Source of the DNA: a virus
Direction: 5' to 3' (one strand)
IMG/VR virus record: IMGVR_UViG_3300019776_000365
Coordinates: 1 to 64,000 of that record
DNA: 64,000 bases
Below the pieces are notes generated by a model. That model saw nothing but the letters and a program-made list of their open reading frames with translations, did not search any database and was not told the origin of the DNA. Of this stretch, positions 58,395-64,000 are shown in pieces. Made by a program: the position numbers and the translations under genes. How positions within the stretch are numbered: position 1 is the stretch's first letter; each line of letters opens with the position of its first letter.

Positions 58395-59181
58395 TTATTG
58401 ATAAATATATTGATCAATGTAATCTCTGTTTTGTGTAAAAATTGGAATTTCTGTGTCAATAAACCATTTATTTCTAACAACACCATTTGCTTCAATTTCT
58501 TTTTTAATAACACAAGAGCCTCTTTTATAATGTGTTTTAAAATCGTTAAAATTGATATCTTTTTCTATAAAAAGTTTTTCTTGAATTTGATTACAATTTT
58601 TATTTTCTAAACTTTTATGTGAAAAATTAGTTCTCCCAACCATTTGGATTGCATTTCTTGTTGCATCTTGTTGTCTCCAAATAAAACAATTACAAACTTC
58701 TTCTTTTGGTAAATTAAATACACGTGAATCGAATACAGCTTTATTAAATCTGTTTAACATAGTGTTTTTTTTAAGTTTATCATCTAATTCATTATTGTCA
58801 ATACAATTATTCACGTTTTCAATAAAATACTTATTGAAAGCTAATGTCGCTAATGAAGCTGAAATAGAACACATTTTTTTTTGGATGTTTTTTATCAAAC
58901 CAAGATTGGGTTGTGATATTTTCATAATCAGTTAGAACTAATGTTATTTCATCTGATTGTGTATAAGCAATTTTACAACTTTGGATATTTTCACAAAGGA
59001 ACTTTGCTGTTTCTTGCATTGTTTTAATTAAAACATCGTCAAATGGTTTTTTAAACCCTCTTGTGAATGTGTGAAATGCTTTACCATCCAATCTTATAAT
59101 TGTTGGACTTCTTCTCATTAGAAAACGTCTTTCGATATTTTCATACTGTTTCATCCTATCGCCTAAACTATCTTTTTTCAT
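58395..59181 (-). CDS. Thg1-like tRNA(His) guanylyltransferase / 3'-5' polymerase, frameshifted at about 58890
   Basis: LGDRMK.YE, RLDGKAFHTFT and YTQSDEI in one frame; QK.CSISAS, FDSR.F, WRQQDA.RN and KRG in another. Confidence 0.88.
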
Positions 59182-59286
59182 AATTATTTCTTTCTTTTTT
59201 TTGGTTGAGCTCCACTGATATAATGGGTTACATAGATTAACTGACCTTCGCAAGATCCAATACAATATTTTACCTCATGCATATTA

Positions 59287-60000
59287 TTATTTATAAAATT
59301 CGTTAATCCTATCCACCACATACCCTAGGTCATTTGGTATGTATAGTTCTTCAAACATACCAAATGGACTTTTAGGAGAGCTACAGAATTCATCTTCATT
59401 TGTAATAAACTCTTTTACTACTTTTTTAGCACCAGCATCAAACCTACTTTTACCAACTAGTGTTATATCAAACAAACCTTCTGGCGTGGAGTATTCGTCC
59501 ACCATTTTGCCGGTGGTTTTAAATTTCACATAAACCCTACCATCTTGGCTAGGCACATCTTCACCATGAGCTAAAACAAATACATTTCTATCTAATGTGC
59601 TGTATTTATCGATAGCAGAAAAAAATTTACCCATGAAATAACCAATTTTTTTCGGTGCTTCCCAACCCGACTTTAAAGCATTATCCATATACCAGTCTTG
59701 CATCATATAGTTAGAATCATCTACAATAACATTTGTAAATGGACTATTTGGTGATGCCAATTTATCTAACACGGTTGCAACAACCTCTGGATTGTTGGAT
59801 ATAATACGATTACCTTTCGCTAATTGATCTGGTGTAGTTAAAATATAATCTTTCGCATTAGCAAATGGCAGCGGCTTACCTTTTACGCTAATTACAAAAG
59901 TTTTTTTAGGATCTAATCCTTTAATATTTAATTGTGGAATTGAACCAAAACTTGATGATTTTCCAAAACCGCTTTTTGCTAATACTAGAATTCTGCTCAT
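59287..60000 (-). CDS. AAA_24-like ATPase
   Basis: AKSGFGKSSS Walker A, IVDD, K.KT.GKMVD, PEGLF. Confidence 0.85.
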   Translation of the reverse strand: MSRILVLAKSGFGKSSSFGSIPQLNIKGLDPKKTFVISVKGKPLPFANAKDYILTTPDQLAKGNRIISNNPEVVATVLDKLASPNSPFTNVIVDDSNYMMQDWYMDNALKSGWEAPKKIGYFMGKFFSAIDKYSTLDRNVFVLAHGEDVPSQDGRVYVKFKTTGKMVDEYSTPEGLFDITLVGKSRFDAGAKKVVKEFITNEDEFCSSPKSPFGMFEELYIPNDLGYVVDRINEFYK

Positions 60001-61165
60001 TTCTTTTTGTTTTAAATAAAAAATTAATAGTTTTAAATTTCTCTGCTTCGTTTATTTTGTTTTTATGCATTAGATTGTAGAACCTCTCTAACTCTGGTTG
60101 ATTGTTAGATAATGGTAACTCCATAAAGAAATTAACCTTACCATCAAAGTACAATGGGCATGTCATACCATTACCACCTTCACGAGAAATCATAATTTCC
60201 ATAAATCTAATGTTATCCCTAAACTTATCTATAGAATAACCCATATATTCATGAATATCATGTCTAAATGGGCTAAAGATTCCTAACATAATGTTACAAT
60301 CTCTTGAGGTCAACTTATTATCACCGAGATCCGCTACAGACGGTTTAAGTTTATTAAGCTTTACATTTTCAGTAGATTCACCAGCTAATGCCTGTTGCTG
60401 TATTGCCACTGGAATATACTTATAATCATCTTTTAGCTCAAGAAAATACTTTGAAGATAGTCTGCTCATAGATTTGTGCAAGTCCTCACCACCCTCTGGT
60501 GTTATTAAACCTATGTGGTCTGTTATAACCAAAACATATTCATCTGGATCATTAGGTTCATAATAGTCATTAACCACAGTGGGGGTAATTTCTCCTGTAG
60601 CTTTATCAACTATATTAATAGTCTTTTTATGCCACTTACCATTAGCTTCTGCATATTTTTTCATGAACTTCATAATACCAGTTGGATTCCTAATATCAGA
60701 TATAATAGTAATACATTCCTCAAAGAAATCGTAATACTTTTGATATTCTGGCGAATCCATAATGTCAATTATTTCTTGGCTTAAAGGCTTACCTTTTGTA
60801 ACTGAGTTTAGTTCTCGCTGATCTATTCTAATTTTGCCATGAGATAATTTATATAATAAATGACATAAAAACTGTTTGTATTTTTCTTCTGCTGATATTT
60901 CTAAGCTAAAATAAAATATCTTTAATCTTATCTTATCTGGATTATTAAATGCATAAAAGAATGGGTCATATAAAAACATCTTATCTGCTAATTGAGTCTT
61001 ACCAACTTTTTGCTGTGCCGTGACAATTATGTACTTACCCTTCTCTATACCAGGCCATTCTTGACTAAACCTAGGAAAGCTACATGGTATGCAGTTGATC
61101 TTACCAGATAAAACTCTTTCTCTACGCCTAATTAAGTCATCCCTAGTTCTTTCATATAGTGTCAT
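59921..61165 (-). CDS. SF4 (DnaB-like) replicative helicase
   Basis: AQQKVGKT, FSLE, ITDH, IQQQ, SREG. Confidence 0.88.
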   Translation of the reverse strand: MTLYERTRDDLIRRRERVLSGKINCIPCSFPRFSQEWPGIEKGKYIIVTAQQKVGKTQLADKMFLYDPFFYAFNNPDKIRLKIFYFSLEISAEEKYKQFLCHLLYKLSHGKIRIDQRELNSVTKGKPLSQEIIDIMDSPEYQKYYDFFEECITIISDIRNPTGIMKFMKKYAEANGKWHKKTINIVDKATGEITPTVVNDYYEPNDPDEYVLVITDHIGLITPEGGEDLHKSMSRLSSKYFLELKDDYKYIPVAIQQQALAGESTENVKLNKLKPSVADLGDNKLTSRDCNIMLGIFSPFRHDIHEYMGYSIDKFRDNIRFMEIMISREGGNGMTCPLYFDGKVNFFMELPLSNNQPELERFYNLMHKNKINEAEKFKTINFLFKTKRNEQNSSISKKRFWKIIKFWFNSTIKY

Positions 61166-61350
61166 TTGTTTCTAGTTATAGGTGTTTCATCTATCTCAAG
61201 AAGATCTTTATCTGTGCGCATTCCATCATTTTCAAATAATGTCCATGTTGAGTCAATAGAAGAATACCACGCAGGTTCCCATGTTGTATATTCTAATTCT
61301 CTAATCCAATAATAACCAGACTCTCTTTTTATACTATTTGACTCGTCCAT
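61162..61350 (-). CDS. hypothetical protein (TGA stop in ATGA overlap)
   Basis: RESGYYWI...WEPAWY. Confidence 0.65.
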   Translation of the reverse strand: MDESNSIKRESGYYWIRELEYTTWEPAWYSSIDSTWTLFENDGMRTDKDLLEIDETPITRNK

Positions 61351-61904
61351 AATTGATTATTCTCCTCATCTTTAATGTTGTCTATATTTTCAATACTTGT
61401 TAATAACTCAGAATTACCATCTTTTATAATAAAATATGGTAGTATCCTCATTAATTGTTTATCATCACCAAAGCTTTTTACATACTTTTCTGTAGCTTTA
61501 ATTACAATATCGTCATCAAATCTACCATAAGCTTTAAAGAATGTATTTAGCTTGTTAATAACACTAGGCTTATTATCACGCCAGTATTTATTAGTGCCAT
61601 TCTTCTTACCTTGGGGATATATATCTTGCAGGCATTTAGCAAGTTCATCTAAAGATTTATTTTTATCTGTATTTTCATCTATAGATTTAATTTCAATATC
61701 TTTGATGAATTTAATACCATCACCAGTTATATAATATGACTTATCGTATTGTCTCACAAAACCGAGCTTCAATGAATTAGACATATCTAAGTCTGTATTT
61801 ATATTGGGCTTTAACATTAAAATTCTCATAAATAAAAACTCAGATAAATTTACACCACTATCTTTGATTAGTTTTGTGTCAAACTTGAATATATTTTTAT
61901 CCAT
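61329..61904 (-). CDS. hypothetical replication-associated protein
   Basis: wHTH-like N-terminus, IYP.GKK motif, upstream of the helicase. Confidence 0.6.
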   Translation of the reverse strand: MDKNIFKFDTKLIKDSGVNLSEFLFMRILMLKPNINTDLDMSNSLKLGFVRQYDKSYYITGDGIKFIKDIEIKSIDENTDKNKSLDELAKCLQDIYPQGKKNGTNKYWRDNKPSVINKLNTFFKAYGRFDDDIVIKATEKYVKSFGDDKQLMRILPYFIIKDGNSELLTSIENIDNIKDEENNQLWTSQIV

Positions 61905-61937
61905 TTATGTCATAATTATTTTATTTATAGTTAGTCT

Positions 61938-62090
61938 TTAGTTCTCTGTAAGATCACGCAACTCTTCCATATATACTTCTGGTATAATATGACTAATTGC
62001 CCCTTCGCAAACATCATATAGATTGCAACTATCACATGATTTATCACAATGTAATGATATGTTTTCTGCGTTTTGATATAAATCTTCCAT
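61938..62090 (-). CDS. small Cys-rich protein
   Basis: MEDLY...CDKSCDSCNLYDVC, ATG at 62090. Confidence 0.45.
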   Translation of the reverse strand: MEDLYQNAENISLHCDKSCDSCNLYDVCEGAISHIIPEVYMEELRDLTEN

Positions 62091-62106
62091 AATTATTTTA
62101 TATTTT

Positions 62107-62262
62107 TTAAATAAATTTCCAATGCTTAGCGTGATATCCACATTTTTTGCACCTCATATATACTTTTGTTCCGTTTTTAAATTCATATTCGCAATGTTTT
62201 TCTTTATAAATCCATTCATGTTTGCAAAAAATTTGTCTAATGTAATTTACTATTGTTCTCAT
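62107..62262 (-). CDS. small Zn-ribbon-like protein (51 aa)
   Basis: MRTIVNYIRQIFCKHEW...MRCKKCGY. Confidence 0.6.
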   Translation of the reverse strand: MRTIVNYIRQIFCKHEWIYKEKHCEYEFKNGTKVYMRCKKCGYHAKHWKFI

Positions 62263-62265
62263 TGT

Positions 62266-62629
62266 TTATTTAATTTGATTAATAGTATTAAGAATTGAGT
62301 TTTTATTTACAGTAGTCCAATTTTCATCAAATGATTTTTTAACTTTTTTGATATTCATAAAAATTATTCAATAACTTTTAATAATTGTAATGATGTTTTT
62401 AATGGTAAATTCAAAACACCAATTAAACAACCATCATATAACCCGAAATCTAACTCAGCGTTCTGAATAATTTTTAAAACATCTTTTTTATCATTTGTGA
62501 TATTATTTCGTTTATAAAGATTATTAATAACTTTAAAAGAATGAATTACATAATCAATTTCAACACCATCTCAATATTTATGGAACTCAATTTGCTTTCA
62601 AGTATTTCTTCTAAATTAATTTCTTTCAT
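62266..62629 (-). pseudogene. frameshifted hypothetical gene (or sequence error)
   Basis: ATG 62629 (MKEINLEEILE) closes after 27 codons, while another frame stays open about 100 codons to TAA 62266. Confidence 0.5.
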
Positions 62630-63233
62630 AATTTTTTAAACTCAATATATTTACAAATCCAACCAATTAATATACTAAAATTATCAGAACTTAAACTTCT
62701 ATTTACTTCAGAAGTTAAATTAAGTTCTTTGTCAATTAATCCTGAATGATATAAAAGATAATGAGATAAAAATTCAATTTGAAAATAATCTTTTTTACAA
62801 TCATCAACATTGTCCCATTCTCCATCTATATATTCAATTAGTACTGGCTCTCCACACCAACTTCTAGATATAAACCAATTATTTCTTTCTATAATTGGAT
62901 ATATTAAATTATTAAAAGAATTATATAGTGATTTTGATATCTGTTCATTTAAAATTGTAGTAATATTATCAATTGCTTTTTGATCAAACTCATTATAAAA
63001 ACAATAAGGAATTCCATTAATTAAATATATTTCAGCATATTTAAATTTTTTCTTTATTACATTTACAATTTCATAAACTGTTTTACAATTAGAAATATCT
63101 GGCACATCTTTCTGATAAGATACATATAATTTTGTTAACTCTAAAACATTCATATCTTTGTCGGAATATAATTCATAATATTGCAAAATACCAGAAGCTG
63201 AAAATCTTATAGTTATTTTATTGGTTTTTTCAT
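62626..63233 (-). CDS. hypothetical protein; start probably ATG 63233 with a 1-nt shift in an A6 run (TGA stop)
   Basis: The frame is open upstream of TTG 63186 up to ATG-AAAAAA. A7 would give MKKTNKITIRF. Confidence 0.55.
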
Positions 63234-63721
63234 TTCACAAATTGTTTTAGTTTTTCAACATATTTCTTATCACTTGCATATCTCAATCTGAGTCTTTCAT
63301 AATATTCTTCATTAGTAAGATTCTTATAATGACTCATTTGAAGTAATGCATAATCAATTAACGATTCTCTCCAGTTAGCATAATAGGCATAACCATTTAA
63401 TACTTGATTAGATGTTGTAGCTCTTTGACCACAACATTTCATTCCAAACATATTATGATTTGTTTTGAATAGATTGCTTCTTAAGCTATCCGTCTCATGT
63501 AACACTTGGCTATATACAATTTCAGGATGTTCAATCTCTAATTTCAAAATTTCATTATAAATTGAATCATATAAAGATTGTTGTATTACGGTTTGTTGTT
63601 TAATTTGTTTTGGTTGTTGTTTTTCTGTTTTTGTTGTCCAATCGTATTCAACAATAAATGGTACCGAAAAACACCACATTATAAAAATAATCATTAACCA
63701 ATTCTTTTTAATCCAATTCAT
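63230..63721 (-). CDS. membrane-anchored glucosaminidase (GH73-like peptidoglycan hydrolase)
   Basis: N-terminal TM, Q..HET, N.FGMK, YA.Y..W.ES..DY, YASD..Y..KL. Confidence 0.85.
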   Translation of the reverse strand: MNWIKKNWLMIIFIMWCFSVPFIVEYDWTTKTEKQQPKQIKQQTVIQQSLYDSIYNEILKLEIEHPEIVYSQVLHETDSLRSNLFKTNHNMFGMKCCGQRATTSNQVLNGYAYYANWRESLIDYALLQMSHYKNLTNEEYYERLRLRYASDKKYVEKLKQFVK

Positions 63722-63739
63722 AAATAAATAATTTAATTT

Positions 63740-63777
63740 AAAATAAATAAGTGTGTAAATCAATACACACTTATTTT
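63740..63777 (-). terminator. intrinsic terminator
   Basis: AAATAAGTGTGT/ACACACTTATTT stem with T-rich tail on the - strand. Confidence 0.65.
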
Positions 63778-63787
63778 AGTTATTGTT

Positions 63788-64000
63788 TTAAAATTGTTTT
63801 TCAATTGTGTTTGTAATTTCAGAATTTATTTCTGACATATCTTTTACTAATCTATCAATTGGTAAATAAAACTCATCACCAACTTTATGAAATGAGTTTT
63901 CGGTTCTTACTTGGCAATAAATTTCATTATCGCCAAAGTAGTCAAAATACACATCAGTAAAGCAATTCCTTCGATGTTCTACAACTCCAATATATGGAAA
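63788..64000 (-). CDS. hypothetical protein, partial
   Basis: 70 open codons from the window edge to TAA. Confidence 0.45.
   Translation of the reverse strand, partial: FPYIGVVEHRRNCFTDVYFDYFGDNEIYCQVRTENSFHKVGDEFYLPIDRLVKDMSEINSEITNTIEKQF

Noticed and set aside
1-64000. tRNA (including suppressor), CRISPR array, DGR or reverse transcriptase
   Set aside because: No cloverleaf, regularly spaced repeats, TR/VR pair or RT motif recognised by eye. A tRNA scan is still advisable.

Overview
AT-rich segment of a crAss-like (Crassvirales-type) phage genome, probably infecting Bacteroidota, with two convergent blocks meeting at about 37.4 kb. The + strand (1-37,389) is the late/virion block: the 3' end of the major capsid gene preceded by a group I intron with a LAGLIDADG-type ORF, then tail proteins, cargo proteins and three giant ejection proteins. 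One of these is a ~3,377-aa virion RNA polymerase polyprotein whose catalytic DFDVD motif is split by a 271-nt group I intron. This block only reads correctly if TGA=Trp: I count 37 in-frame TGAs, many at conserved Trp positions, and every true stop is TAA, so the supplied ORF track fragments these genes and misses a recoded GIY-YIG endonuclease. The - strand (37,449-64,000) is the replication/metabolism block in standard code, with TGA used as a stop. It encodes a helicase, primase, SSB, AAA ATPase, class II RNR, dUTPase, RNA ligase, Thg1-like protein and a phiEco32-like ATP-grasp/amidoligase/amidotransferase cluster. The most novel-looking observations are a nucleotidyltransferase domain inside an ejection protein, helicase, macro-like and zincin domains fused to the RNAP, terminal cysteines suggesting head-to-tail linkage of the three giant proteins, and a stand-alone DnaE C-terminal fragment. 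No tRNA, CRISPR array or release factor was seen. All family assignments are from motif recognition by eye, not from database searches.
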